NCBI GenBank assembly: GCA_043101845.1
Contig: JBICHN010000007.1
Span: 38,224 to 102,223, forward strand
Direction of reading: 5' to 3'
Length of the DNA stretch: 64,000 nucleotides
Source: Phycisphaerales bacterium
GTDB taxonomy: Bacteria > Planctomycetota > Phycisphaerae > Phycisphaerales > UBA5793
Translations under genes and position numbers: made by a program
Shown: piece after piece, positions 21,801 through 31,207 of the stretch
Layout: every line of letters starts with the position of its first letter
Position numbering within the stretch: the stretch's first letter is position 1
Notes under the pieces: generated by a model
Told to the model about the DNA's origin: nothing
What the model saw: the letters and a program-made list of their open reading frames with translations, nothing else
Databases searched by the model: none

Positions 21801-24800
21801 CCACTCGCCGCGCTCGATCACCTCCTGCATCCGGTCGCGTTCTTCCTCCTCTTCCTCTTCCGTCACAATGAGCGTTTCGATGCGGCGCCCGACCGCCTCT
21901 TCCTCGGTGAAGCCGAACAACGCTTCGGCGCCGCGTCCCCAGTAGGTCACGCGACCGTCGATGTCGGTGGCCACGACCGACTCCGTCAGATTCTCGAGCA
22001 ACTTCGCCTGGAACTCGAGACGCTGCGCCGCCTGTCGGCGCTCGATCGCGATCGCCGCCGTGCGGTTGAGGGCGTTGAGGATGCGCTGCTCGTCGACCGT
22101 CGGGCGGCGCGGCTGGGTGAAGTAGATCGCAAAGGTACCGAGCACTTCGCCGCCCGCCGTGCTGATCGGCGTGGACCAGCAGGCGCGGAGTCCGTGCCGA
22201 TCGGCGAGTTCACGGAACGGAGCCCAGCACGAGTCAGTCTGAATGTCTTCCGTGGTAAAGGCCCGGTTGAAGTGGGCCGCGCGTCCACAGGTGCCAACCT
22301 CCGGCCCCGTCGGTATGCCGTTGATCGCTTCGCGGTAGGCGGGATCCAGGCGCGGTCCGGCGCCGTCGAGCAGTCGCCGCGTTTCGGCGTCAAAGAGCAG
22401 AATCGACCCACGGACATCGTCGCCGCCCGCTTCGTCGATGATTTCGACGAGGCTCGCGAGCGTGCTCTCAATCGGATCTCCCGCGAGAATCCGTTCGAGG
22501 ATATCACGCTGCGCGTCGACGATGTGTTGCGCGAGCTTTCGCTCGGCGACCTCATGCTGCGATTCCTGGTAGAGCTGGGCGTTGTCGATCGCGAGGGCGC
22601 AGCGGCGGGCAATCTCTTCGATGAACGGCAGATCCGCGTCGCTCAGCGGCGATCGATTCACTTCGGTCACAAGCGTGAGCACGCCGAGCTTGCGTCCGTG
22701 CGCCACGAGGGGCGCGAAGATGGCGCTTTCAATACCGAGTTCGCGCACGATTCGATAGTGCTGATCGTCGTTTGTCGCGACGCGCAGGGTCGGCTCGTCA
22801 AAGTGCTCGATGACCTGAGGTCGGCCCGTGCGGAGCACCTCGTACACGCCCACCTCGGATGACGGATCGGGGGGATAGCGCTCGGTCAACTCTTCGGCGA
22901 ATCGGACCTTCTCCGGATCGGAATGCATGACGGTGGCGCGCCGCAGTGAGCCTTCCGCGGGGTCGAGAAGATCAACGACGCACCAGTCGGCGACGGCGGG
23001 CACGAGGGCGTCCGCGACGCGCCGCATGGTTTCCGTGTAGTCGAGCGAACCGCCGAGCGCCGCCCCTGATCGCGCCATCGCCTGGAGGGCGCGCTCGGCC
23101 CGCTTGCGGTCATGAATGTCGATCGCCCCACCGATGAACCCGGTGAATTCGTCGTCCGCATCGTGCATTGGCACGCCGCGGTTGAGCACCCACCGGTACT
23201 CGCCGCTCCGGTCGCGGATCCGATACTCGATCTCAAACGGTTCGCGGACCTCGAACGCGCGATCGAAGACGCCGTGCACGCTCGCCCGGTCGTCCGGATG
23301 CAGACCGCCCAGCCAGCCGGATCCGAGCTCGTCGTCGAGCGAGCGGCCGCGGAACTCGAGCCATTCGCGATTCACCCAGTTCAGGCTCTGATCCGGACTC
23401 GAGAGCCACACCATGACCGGAGCCGAGTTCGCCATCATGCGGAAGCGCTGTTCGCTCTCACGCAGCGCGTACTCCGCCTTCTTCCGGTCCGTGATGTCTT
23501 CATTGACGACGACGGCGCCGCGGACCGACCCGTCATCATCGCGAATCGGCACGGCGGAGTTCAGAATGATCTTGCGCGATCCGTCGAAGCATTCGATCTC
23601 GAGCGTCTCTTCGATCGTCGTTTCGCCGTGGTGGATGGCCCGGTATCCGGCCCACTCCTCGGCGGGCAACGGGTCGTCTTCGCCCGGACGCCACGCCTTG
23701 TAGACATGGAACTCGTCGGTCGGCACATACTCGGCGCCTTCCCAGATGCGCTCGCCCGCCGGGTTGCCGAGGATGATGCGGCCTTCTTCGTTGATGAGCC
23801 ATACGCCGACGGGAAGCGTCTGGAGCATGGCGCGCATCTGCTCTTCGCTCCGGCGCAAGGCTTCGATCGCGAGATTGCGCTCGGTCACATCGAGCAGCAT
23901 GTTGATCGCGCCAACCTGTCGACCATGCGCGTCGTAGAGCGGCTCAGGATTGGCGAGCACCTGGCGCCGCGTCCCGTCCGGTCGCTCGACGACGATCTCG
24001 GCGTCGCGGATCCGTCGACCCTCGCGGAGCGCGACGGCCATCGGGCAGGTGTCGAGCGGCATCGGCTCGCCGTTCGGGGAGTAGATCTTCCACGAGCCGC
24101 ACCAGAGATCCTTGCCGATCACCGGCTCCCGGCCCCAGAGCTTCACCGACGCTTCATTGAAGAGGGTGACGCGACCCTCCTGGTCGCAGGTGTAGATCGC
24201 CGCGGGGACGGCGCTCACGACCTCCCGGAAGCGTCGCTCGCTTTCGCGGATCGCCTCCTCCGCGAGTTTGCGCTCCGTGATGTCACGCACCTCGATGACC
24301 GTCGCCGCGTCGCCGGACTCGTCGATGACCGGCCGCGCCGAGCAGAGCACGGGGAACGCTTCGCCGTTCCTGCGGAAGAAGAGGTCCTCATGGTCGCGGA
24401 CTTCGAGGTGCTCCGGCAACGCCCGGTCGATCGGACACTCCTCGATCGGAAAAGCGCTTCCGTCCGGACGGGTATGGTGGATGTAGTTGTGCAGCGGTTG
24501 GTCGCTGATCTCGTCGAGCGTGTATCCGATCATCTCCTCCGCCGCCGGATTCATGAAGGTGCAGTAACCCTGCGCATCCATCATGAAGAGCGCCGCGGTC
24601 GCGTTCTCGGTAATCGCATGCCGGAGCTTCGCTTCGCGCACCGCTTCGCGTTCGGCGCGGAGCCGCGGACGCAGATCGCGAGCGACGGAGATGACATGTC
24701 GACGGCCCTCGATGGTCGTCGTGCTGATGCTGACCTCGACCGGTATGAGTTCGCCGGTCTTCGTTCGATGCACGCTGTCCCGCTGCATCTCTCCGCTCGC

Positions 24801-26438
24801 GAGAAGTTCGCTCACGAGCGATCGAAAGTCCTCGTCGGTGTGCGGCGTGATGTCGCGGATCGAAAGTTCGAGTATCTCGTCCCGTGCGTACCCAAGCCGT
24901 TCACACGCGGTCTCATTGACCTCGAGGAAGCGGCCGGGGACGCCGTCCTCGCCGATCGGATACACGAAGACCGCGTCGCGTACGGAATGGAGGAGCCGGC
25001 GGTAGCGTCGCTCCTCTTCGAGTCGCCTGGACTCGGCGCGTCGGAGCGCCGTGATGTCCGAGACGCACGCAAGCCAGCCGATGTTGGCGCCCGTTTCGTC
25101 CATGACCGGCGCCGTCTTCACGAGCGTTTCGACGCGCGTCCCATCTTTCCGCTGAAATTCGAGCTCGAAGCCGCCGGCGGGGGCGTCGCCCTCGAGCGTC
25201 CGCCGCAGCGCCGCGGTGATCTGGTCGAGGTTGTCGGCCGGCCAGTATTCGAAGGGCGGAGTCGCGCCTTCGAGTTCCTCCCGGGTAAACCCGAGCATCG
25301 CGCAGAACGCCGGATTGACATAGGTCTGGCGGCCGTCGAGATCGGTCATCGCGATCCCCGCCGGGACGGACGACTCAATCGCGCGCCGCATCGCGTATTC
25401 AGAGCCGAGCGTGCGCTCCGCGAGCTTCTGCGCGGTGATATCGCGGGTGAAGCAGCGGGTGTGAACGAATTCGTCACCGCGCCACGAGACATTCGAATCG
25501 ATGAGCACATGCTTGATGGCGCCGTTCTTCGCGCGCAGTCGCGCCTCGTACTCGTGCAGTTCTTCATTGCGACCGAGCCGCGCGAGGATGTCGTCGATCA
25601 CCTCCTGGTCGACATGAAACTCCGCGATATGACGACCGATGTACTCCTCGCGCTTGTAGCCGAGCAGGCGAAGCTCCATCTCGTTCGCCCACAGAATCTT
25701 TCCGTCGGGGCCGACCCAGTGCATCGAAACCGGCGCGTGCTCGACGAAATCCTGCAGCCGATTCTTCATCTCGCGGACGGTGTGTTCGGCCCGCCGTCGT
25801 TCGAGTACGCGTCCCAACTGCTCGCCCACGACTCCGACGAGCCGGAGGAGCTCGTGATCGGGCGCCTGCTCGTCGGTCGAGAAGAACTCGAGCACCGCTT
25901 CGATCTGGCCGTCAACCTTGATCGGGAAGCCGAAACCGCTGCGCACATCACCGAGGTCCTGAACCTCGCGCCGGACGAAGTTCGGATCACGCCGAATGTC
26001 GCGGATCCACGCGGGCTCGCCCTGCTCGAGGATGCGGCCGGGCAGCCCGACTCCGCTCGCGAGTGGAGTCTTCCGCGTCGCGTCAATGAATGCGCGCCAA
26101 CGGGGGTCGTCGACCGCGCCCGCCCAGATCCCGGTGGGATGAAGACGATCAGGGTCGCCATTGCGCGTGTACGCGTGTCCGATCGGCCAACCGGTGAGTT
26201 CACAGACGATCTCGAGACAGCCGCGGAGCGCTTCGTCGATCGATCCGGTCGCCGCGGCGAGCGTGGTCGCCTGGTAGAGCAGCTCGGCGCGGACGGCGCG
26301 GCGTTCGGCGGCGAGCGCGTGGCCGTTCGGCGGCTCTTCGCCGTTCTTGTTCGAAGCCGGTTTCGCTGACGACGAACGGACACCCTGCTCCTTCCGCCGG
26401 GAAGTCGGATCCACCGTCGTTTCTTCACCGTCGCTCAT
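18858..26438 (-). CDS. Giant multi-sensor hybrid histidine kinase (~11 PAS/PAC, ~4-5 GAF, C-terminal HWE/HisKA_2-type kinase)
   Basis: A single 2526-aa ORF; reiterated PAS/PAC boundaries (…DITERKxAE…SExRFR…); GAF blocks; the C-terminal H-box HRVKNTLATVQSIA is typical of HisKA_2/HWE kinases. Confidence 0.85.
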   Translation of the reverse strand: MSDGEETTVDPTSRRKEQGVRSSSAKPASNKNGEEPPNGHALAAERRAVRAELLYQATTLAAATGSIDEALRGCLEIVCELTGWPIGHAYTRNGDPDRLHPTGIWAGAVDDPRWRAFIDATRKTPLASGVGLPGRILEQGEPAWIRDIRRDPNFVRREVQDLGDVRSGFGFPIKVDGQIEAVLEFFSTDEQAPDHELLRLVGVVGEQLGRVLERRRAEHTVREMKNRLQDFVEHAPVSMHWVGPDGKILWANEMELRLLGYKREEYIGRHIAEFHVDQEVIDDILARLGRNEELHEYEARLRAKNGAIKHVLIDSNVSWRGDEFVHTRCFTRDITAQKLAERTLGSEYAMRRAIESSVPAGIAMTDLDGRQTYVNPAFCAMLGFTREELEGATPPFEYWPADNLDQITAALRRTLEGDAPAGGFELEFQRKDGTRVETLVKTAPVMDETGANIGWLACVSDITALRRAESRRLEEERRYRRLLHSVRDAVFVYPIGEDGVPGRFLEVNETACERLGYARDEILELSIRDITPHTDEDFRSLVSELLASGEMQRDSVHRTKTGELIPVEVSISTTTIEGRRHVISVARDLRPRLRAEREAVREAKLRHAITENATAALFMMDAQGYCTFMNPAAEEMIGYTLDEISDQPLHNYIHHTRPDGSAFPIEECPIDRALPEHLEVRDHEDLFFRRNGEAFPVLCSARPVIDESGDAATVIEVRDITERKLAEEAIRESERRFREVVSAVPAAIYTCDQEGRVTLFNEASVKLWGREPVIGKDLWCGSWKIYSPNGEPMPLDTCPMAVALREGRRIRDAEIVVERPDGTRRQVLANPEPLYDAHGRQVGAINMLLDVTERNLAIEALRRSEEQMRAMLQTLPVGVWLINEEGRIILGNPAGERIWEGAEYVPTDEFHVYKAWRPGEDDPLPAEEWAGYRAIHHGETTIEETLEIECFDGSRKIILNSAVPIRDDDGSVRGAVVVNEDITDRKKAEYALRESEQRFRMMANSAPVMVWLSSPDQSLNWVNREWLEFRGRSLDDELGSGWLGGLHPDDRASVHGVFDRAFEVREPFEIEYRIRDRSGEYRWVLNRGVPMHDADDEFTGFIGGAIDIHDRKRAERALQAMARSGAALGGSLDYTETMRRVADALVPAVADWCVVDLLDPAEGSLRRATVMHSDPEKVRFAEELTERYPPDPSSEVGVYEVLRTGRPQVIEHFDEPTLRVATNDDQHYRIVRELGIESAIFAPLVAHGRKLGVLTLVTEVNRSPLSDADLPFIEEIARRCALAIDNAQLYQESQHEVAERKLAQHIVDAQRDILERILAGDPIESTLASLVEIIDEAGGDDVRGSILLFDAETRRLLDGAGPRLDPAYREAINGIPTGPEVGTCGRAAHFNRAFTTEDIQTDSCWAPFRELADRHGLRACWSTPISTAGGEVLGTFAIYFTQPRRPTVDEQRILNALNRTAAIAIERRQAAQRLEFQAKLLENLTESVVATDIDGRVTYWGRGAEALFGFTEEEAVGRRIETLIVTEEEEEEERDRMQEVIERGEWTGEYMLRRKNGEAFWSHTVISLVTNERGEPIGFIGIDRDISERRDWEEALREKTETLGTINQVSRSLVGQLELDKLVQTLTDAATDLSNAQFGAFFYNVIDREGERYTLYTISGVDPDKFRSFPMPRNTQLFGPTFRGEGVIRLDNVLEDPRFGKNDPYFGMPQGHLPVRSYLAVPVISRTGEVHGGLFFGHEEAGVFTEQTEQIIAGIAAQAAVAIDNARLYQQLRENELRFRTLAETIPDIVFVANRNLEWIYVNPRFEFVTGRSNGESHGAEWVSAVVEEDGERVRDCLEEALAGGAACEQELRLRTRDGSARWFVLRGTPIHGESNQVERWFGTLTDIHDLKIAEQKVVERARQQAAVASLGQRALLELDLQFLFDEAVSVVRSTLGVEYCKVLELMPSGEEVFLRSGVGWRPGLVGQASVPTDLDSQAGYTLRSSAPVIVDDLRQETRFSGPQLLRDHGVISGISCIIPSEGRRPWGVLGAHSTSRRQFTNDDVSFLQAVANVLGSAIHSHQTRSALRESEERLTMAMKAGRMGAWEWDIRTNEIRWSSTLEEIHGLEPGSFGGTFADFQADMHPDDRDRVLKTIRRSVDERTDYHIEYRMIRPDGRLGWLEARGRLLLDKDGEPLRMAGVCADVTERKQAERALRMSEARFRSTFENAAVGIGHCDLNGRWLRVNERLCEITEYSRRELLRNSFQDITHPDDVDEDISNTHRLISGELPHYSMRKRYVRKSGDPVWVNLTVSLVRKDNGDPDYYIAIVEDIEAQKRAEETRELLLAELSHRVKNTLATVQSIASKTMRQSDSMKTFRGAFEGRLSSLALAHTLLTRSNWEGAELRELVAQALRPYAPEGSVYELDGDPIVLPPRIAMTLSMVFHELTTNAAKYGALSTSEGRVHVRWRLEENEAGDGHQLRILWRETNGPEVREPERNGFGSHLIRRGLAYDLEATSDIRYEPEGVECEMVIPWKDSPAADRPE

Positions 26439-26642
26439 TCATCCCCCGACGCGATGATCGTGGTCGCCTTAGACAACAACGCGCCGGGAACCGGGGAGCC
26501 CTCATGATGACCGGGACATGGGCCGTCGCGGATCCCGAATACCGATGCTCATCATCTCCAATCATCCTAATGACCCGGACCCCTCGCATCCAGCGGATTC
26601 CCGCTCGCTCCGTCTCTTCCGGCCGGGGTCAATAATGACACT

Positions 26643-27539
26643 ATGAACCCGAGCGACACCACCATCGGCTGGATCGGGACCGGCGTCATGGGCGCCTCCA
26701 TGGCGTCGCGGCTCCTCGACGCCGGATTCCCCGTTCATCTCTACACCCGGACGCGCGGAAAGGCGGCCGCCTTGCTCGAGCGCGGCGCCGAATGGGCCGC
26801 GTCACCCAGGGCCGCCGCGGACAAGTGCGAAGCGCTCTTCTCCATCGTGGGTTACCCCCACGATGTCGAAGCGGTCTACTTCGGCGACGACGGCGTCTTC
26901 CAGGCGGCCAACCCGCCCCGTGTCGTCGTCGACATGACCACGAGCAGTCCCGCCCTCGCCGAACGCCTCGCCGCCCGCGCCGCCGAACTCGGCGTCCACG
27001 CGATCGACGCTCCGGTTTCGGGCGGTGACATCGGGGCCCGGGAGGGCACGCTTTCCATCATGATCGGAGGCGACGCCGACGCCGTCGAATCCGTCCGGCC
27101 GATCCTCGAGCACATGGGCCGCAAGATCACGCGTCTCGGCGGACCGGGCGCGGGCCAGCACACGAAGATGGTGAACCAGATCCTCATCGCGACGATGATG
27201 ATCGGCGCCTGCGAGGGACTCCTCTACGCCGATCGGGCCGGCCTCGACCTCGATCGTGTCATCGAAGCCGTCGGCGGGGGGGCCGCGGGCTCGTGGACCA
27301 TCAACAACCTCGGGCCGCGCATGGCCCGGCGCGATTTCGAGCCCGGCTTCTACATCGAGCACTTCATCAAGGACATGAACATCGCCCTCGCCGAAGCGCG
27401 GCGGCTCGGCGTGAGCGTGCCCGGCCTCGCGCTTTCCGAACAGCTCTACCAGGCCGCGAAAGACCAGGGGCTCGACCGCCGCGGCACGCAGGCGCTGCTC
27501 CTCGTACTCGAGCGACTCGCCGGAATTGATCGCGCATGA
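26643..27539 (+). CDS. NAD(P)-dependent oxidoreductase, 3-hydroxyisobutyrate dehydrogenase family
   Basis: GWIGTGVMG Rossmann motif; HIBADH-family length and motifs. Confidence 0.8.
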   Translation: MNPSDTTIGWIGTGVMGASMASRLLDAGFPVHLYTRTRGKAAALLERGAEWAASPRAAADKCEALFSIVGYPHDVEAVYFGDDGVFQAANPPRVVVDMTTSSPALAERLAARAAELGVHAIDAPVSGGDIGAREGTLSIMIGGDADAVESVRPILEHMGRKITRLGGPGAGQHTKMVNQILIATMMIGACEGLLYADRAGLDLDRVIEAVGGGAAGSWTINNLGPRMARRDFEPGFYIEHFIKDMNIALAEARRLGVSVPGLALSEQLYQAAKDQGLDRRGTQALLLVLERLAGIDRA

Positions 27540-29698
27540 GGCGTCCGCCGGTCCGGTCCATCGTCGTCCTCCTTCTTATCGCGATCGTCGCGACGCCGAT
27601 CGCTTCGGCGCAGCGGCTGCGTCTCGGCGATCCGAAGCCGCCTGAACTCGGCGCCTCGAGTTACGCGTTTCGGCGTGCGTTCGAATTGCGCGCCGAAGTC
27701 GATCGCCTGCCGCGCGACGACGCCACGGCGAACGCGGACAGCGCCGGCGTGATCCTCGACGCGTCGCGTCGCGCCTGGCGACAGGTCGCCGCGACCTGGC
27801 TCTCGGCCGCGACCTCGTTCGATCGCGCTGGGATCGATGACGATGAACTCGAGTCGGCGCTCATCGTCGCCGGACATCGGCTCGCTGACGCGGGGCCGAC
27901 GCTCGACGCATGGCTGAACTCGCTCGAGGCAAACGGTGACTTCGACCTCGCCACGCGCGAGGCGGCGCTCTGGGGACTGCGTCGATTCAACGAGCGCGCC
28001 GCGACGCTCGACGCGAACGCGGCGCCGCCGAAGTCGTTTGAATCGCTCGACGCGCACACGCGGCGGTTCATTCGACCGCTGTTCGACGCTGTACTCGCCA
28101 CGGCGCCCGACGCGACGCCATACTCCGGCTGGACGCTGTCCTCGCAGCCGCCCGAGCCGTCGAGTCGCCTCGCCGCGACGCGCGATCGAATCAACCAGGC
28201 TTCGATCGACGACGCCGTGCGCGCCGCGGCGCTCAGCCGACTGAACGAACTCGAGACAGCACAGTCATTCCGCATCGCATGGCCCGACCTCGACGCGGCG
28301 CTCACCGATCTCGAGTCGCTGACCCGCGTCGCCGAAGTGACGGCCGCGGCCGACTGGCTGGGCGCCGGGGTCGTGAGCGATCTGATTACACTGCTCGCCG
28401 AAGCGACGGCGCTGGTCGGAGACGATGAGGCTCGGGCCGCGAACAGCGGTCGCCTGCGCCGCCTCGAGTTCGCCCGCCGGATCATCGAGTCCACCGCGAC
28501 GCTGCGCGGGGCCACCGGTCGCGACCGCATCGCCCTTCGGGCGCTCGAAGAACTCATCACGAACCTCGATGTCCGCGCGGTCGATACCGCCGCGCTCGTG
28601 CGCCTTCGTCTGCTCGCCGACATTCTCGACGGCTTCATCGAATTCCGCACGATGAGCGAATCGAAGATGCGCCTCGAGATGCGTCGCGCGCACAAGCTGA
28701 TCGAAGACGCGTACCGCGAAGTCGAGCAGGAGCTTCTCGATCAGCTCCGCCGCCTCGAGGAACCCCGCGAAGCGCTGAGTGATCCCGACTTCCTCAGTCT
28801 GAACGCGAAGCGGCGCACCCTCCTCGGCGACATGCGTCGCCTCCGTTCGGTCGATCAGTGGATCGAGCGAATGGCGGACGGTGACCGCGCGATCGAGCGC
28901 GATCTCACGCTACGACTCGTCGCCCTCGCCGAAGCGCTCGCGAACCCGATGACCCGACCCGACGCGGCGGATCAACTCGCTGCGTTCGACAATCAGGCCT
29001 CGCGCTTTCTCGTCCTGCCGCTGGAAGAGAGGATCAACTCGAACGACGCGACGACGCTTCGGCCGCTCGAGTCGCTCGCCCTGCGCCTGCCCACGATCAT
29101 CCGGGAGAAGCGCAACCTCTGGATTCTCGCGTGGGCCCGACGACCGGACGCGGTCCCGGGCGCCGCGGCCGAAGTGGAGGCGCTCGAGCGTTTCCTCGCC
29201 GCCCATAGAGCATCGCTCCGGCTCGACGCGCTCGGCGACTCGCCCGCGTCGCTCAACGCCTGGGCGCCGTGGTACCTCGACGCGAGCACGATCGCCGCCG
29301 GCCGGTCGCGTCTCGAGCGTGGGCGTGACGGAATCGCGCCGCTGGTCGACCGCGGCGGGCCGCCGCTCATCCGCGCGCTCGATGAACTCGATCGCGACGC
29401 CGGGTTCGCTCTCGCCGTCGCGTCGCTGCTCGATCAGGCGCCGGTCGACGGGGATCGATCGGCCACCTCGCTCGCGGGTCGCCTGAGCCCGCTCGTCTAC
29501 CCGCCCTCGTCCGGGGCGCCGCTTCTCGCGGCGCGCGGCCTCGTGAGCCGCCTCGTCCGCTGGCAGACCGAGGATGATCATCCGGCGCCGACCCGCTCGC
29601 GTGATGAACGCCGCGAACTCGCCGCGTACCTCGAGTTCGCGTCGGAGCGCGTGCGCGTGGCGGCCGACGCGGCCGGAATGAAGTCAGTGGGGGAGTGA
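27536..29698 (+). CDS. Hypothetical secreted Ala/Arg/Leu-rich alpha-helical protein
   Basis: Signal peptide (VVLLLIAIVATPIASAQ); ATGA overlap with the upstream dehydrogenase gene; no recognisable domain. Confidence 0.5.
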   Translation: MRRPPVRSIVVLLLIAIVATPIASAQRLRLGDPKPPELGASSYAFRRAFELRAEVDRLPRDDATANADSAGVILDASRRAWRQVAATWLSAATSFDRAGIDDDELESALIVAGHRLADAGPTLDAWLNSLEANGDFDLATREAALWGLRRFNERAATLDANAAPPKSFESLDAHTRRFIRPLFDAVLATAPDATPYSGWTLSSQPPEPSSRLAATRDRINQASIDDAVRAAALSRLNELETAQSFRIAWPDLDAALTDLESLTRVAEVTAAADWLGAGVVSDLITLLAEATALVGDDEARAANSGRLRRLEFARRIIESTATLRGATGRDRIALRALEELITNLDVRAVDTAALVRLRLLADILDGFIEFRTMSESKMRLEMRRAHKLIEDAYREVEQELLDQLRRLEEPREALSDPDFLSLNAKRRTLLGDMRRLRSVDQWIERMADGDRAIERDLTLRLVALAEALANPMTRPDAADQLAAFDNQASRFLVLPLEERINSNDATTLRPLESLALRLPTIIREKRNLWILAWARRPDAVPGAAAEVEALERFLAAHRASLRLDALGDSPASLNAWAPWYLDASTIAAGRSRLERGRDGIAPLVDRGGPPLIRALDELDRDAGFALAVASLLDQAPVDGDRSATSLAGRLSPLVYPPSSGAPLLAARGLVSRLVRWQTEDDHPAPTRSRDERRELAAYLEFASERVRVAADAAGMKSVGE

Positions 29699-29725
29699 CC
29701 GCGTCAGGCGGACCCACAAAATGAA

Positions 29726-29755
29726 ATCGAGCTCCGGCCGAAACCGGAGCTCGAT
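29726..29755. terminator. Bidirectional terminator hairpin between convergent genes
   Basis: Perfect inverted repeat atcgagctccgg-ccgaaa-ccggagctcgat. Confidence 0.55.
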
Positions 29756-29793
29756 GGATTGGCGTACAAGTATGAAGCGTTCGAACGAGCGAA

Positions 29794-30321
29794 TCAGCGC
29801 TTCGAGAACTGGAAGCGACGACGGGCGCCCGCGAGACCATACTTCTTGCGTTCGACGCGGCGCGCGTCACGCGTGAGGTAGTTCTTGTCGCGGAGCGTCG
29901 ACTCGAGCGACGCGTCGTAGACGCGGAGGGCGCGGGCGACGCCGAGGAGAATGGCGCCGGACTGGCCGGTGTACCCGCCGCCGCTCACATTCACATGTAC
30001 ATCGAGCTGACCGAGCGTGTTCGTCGCCTTGAGCGGCGCGACGCAGTCGTTCCGATCGCGAAGCTCACTGAAGAAGTCATCGATCTCGCGACCGTTGATC
30101 TTGAACTCGCCCTTGCCGGGACGAATCCGCACGCGGGCGACGGCGCTCTTGCGGCGACCGGTTCCCCACCACCAGCCGAACTTCTTCGCCTCTTCACCGT
30201 GCTTGAAGGTGATCTCGGCGGGGGGCTGCTGCGTGTCGGTGACCTTCGGCTCCGTCTCGGGCGCGCCAAGACCGCCGGTCAGGTTCTCCTTCATCGCCTT
30301 CGCCGCGTCCGTCGCGCTCAT
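29794..30321 (-). CDS. rpsI: 30S ribosomal protein S9 (with N-terminal extension)
   Basis: C-terminal …GLAGARRRFQFSKR and the conserved S9 core; start at MSATD… (CAT at 30319-30321). Confidence 0.85.
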   Translation of the reverse strand: MSATDAAKAMKENLTGGLGAPETEPKVTDTQQPPAEITFKHGEEAKKFGWWWGTGRRKSAVARVRIRPGKGEFKINGREIDDFFSELRDRNDCVAPLKATNTLGQLDVHVNVSGGGYTGQSGAILLGVARALRVYDASLESTLRDKNYLTRDARRVERKKYGLAGARRRFQFSKR

Positions 30322-30411
30322 GTGCTTTTCGCTCACGGTCAATTCTTCCTTTATCGAACACATGTCGCGGCGTCTCATGCCGCGTCGTGCCTGCGTCTCT
30401 CACTCAGTCGG

Positions 30412-30846
30412 TCAGACTTCGAGCGGCTCGGGCCGCTGCGCTGCGTGCGGATGCTCCGCGCCGCGGTACACCTTGAGCTTGCTGTACATTTGACGGCCGA
30501 GCGGTCCCTTCGGGAGCATGCGCCGCACCGCGTTCTCGACGACGCGCTCCGGGTGCTTCTCGAGCAGTTCGCCGTAGGTTCGCGTCTTGAGCCCGCCCGG
30601 ATACCCGGTGAAGCTCTTCGCGAGTCGCTGTTCCGTCTTGCGGCCGGTCATGACGACCTTCTCGGCGTTCGTGATGACCACGAAATCGCCCGTGTCGACA
30701 TGCGGGGTCCACTCCGGACGATGCTTGCCCTGAAGCACGCGGGCGACTTCCGCCGCCATCCGTCCGAGCACGCGGCCTTCCGCGTCGACATGCCGCCACT
30801 TCGGCGTCACATCGCTCGACTTGGCCATATAGGTCTGCCGTGTCAT
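30412..30846 (-). CDS. rplM: 50S ribosomal protein L13
   Basis: L13 core conserved; lies upstream of rpsI in the canonical rplM-rpsI order. Confidence 0.85.
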   Translation of the reverse strand: MTRQTYMAKSSDVTPKWRHVDAEGRVLGRMAAEVARVLQGKHRPEWTPHVDTGDFVVITNAEKVVMTGRKTEQRLAKSFTGYPGGLKTRTYGELLEKHPERVVENAVRRMLPKGPLGRQMYSKLKVYRGAEHPHAAQRPEPLEV

Positions 30847-31207
30847 TCGTCGAACCTCAAATCTGCGGTCAATAGCACACACCGCCGACAACGGCCGGCG
30901 GAGCCGGAAAGGATAGCCGCGCGTCCCCGATGGTCAATCCGCCCGGCCGCATTCCCGGCGGTCTGCGGCCCGATTTCGCCCCCGTTTCCGGACCTTCCCC
31001 GACCAGGCCCCGTCCTTCTTCATGCCGCCGGCGCCTGCGGGCCGATGCCATGTCCCGTCAGGCCGATCTTCCGACATGTCCCATGGCGTTTCCGCGGGCA
31101 CACTTTCCCATGAAGCAGTCCCGACCCCCTCGGCTCGATCGATCACCGTCCCGGAGGATCGAAGCGATCGATCGAACCACCCCGTTTGTCTGAAGGAGGC
31201 TCGAACC

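Noticed and set aside
18979-26369. Long plus-strand ORFs (20772..22862, 696 aa; 23112..26369, 1085 aa; 18984..20105) opposite the giant histidine kinase
   Set aside because: Antisense shadow ORFs typical of high-GC DNA; Arg/Ala/Pro-rich translations with no motifs, while the minus-strand frame encodes coherent PAS/GAF/kinase domains.
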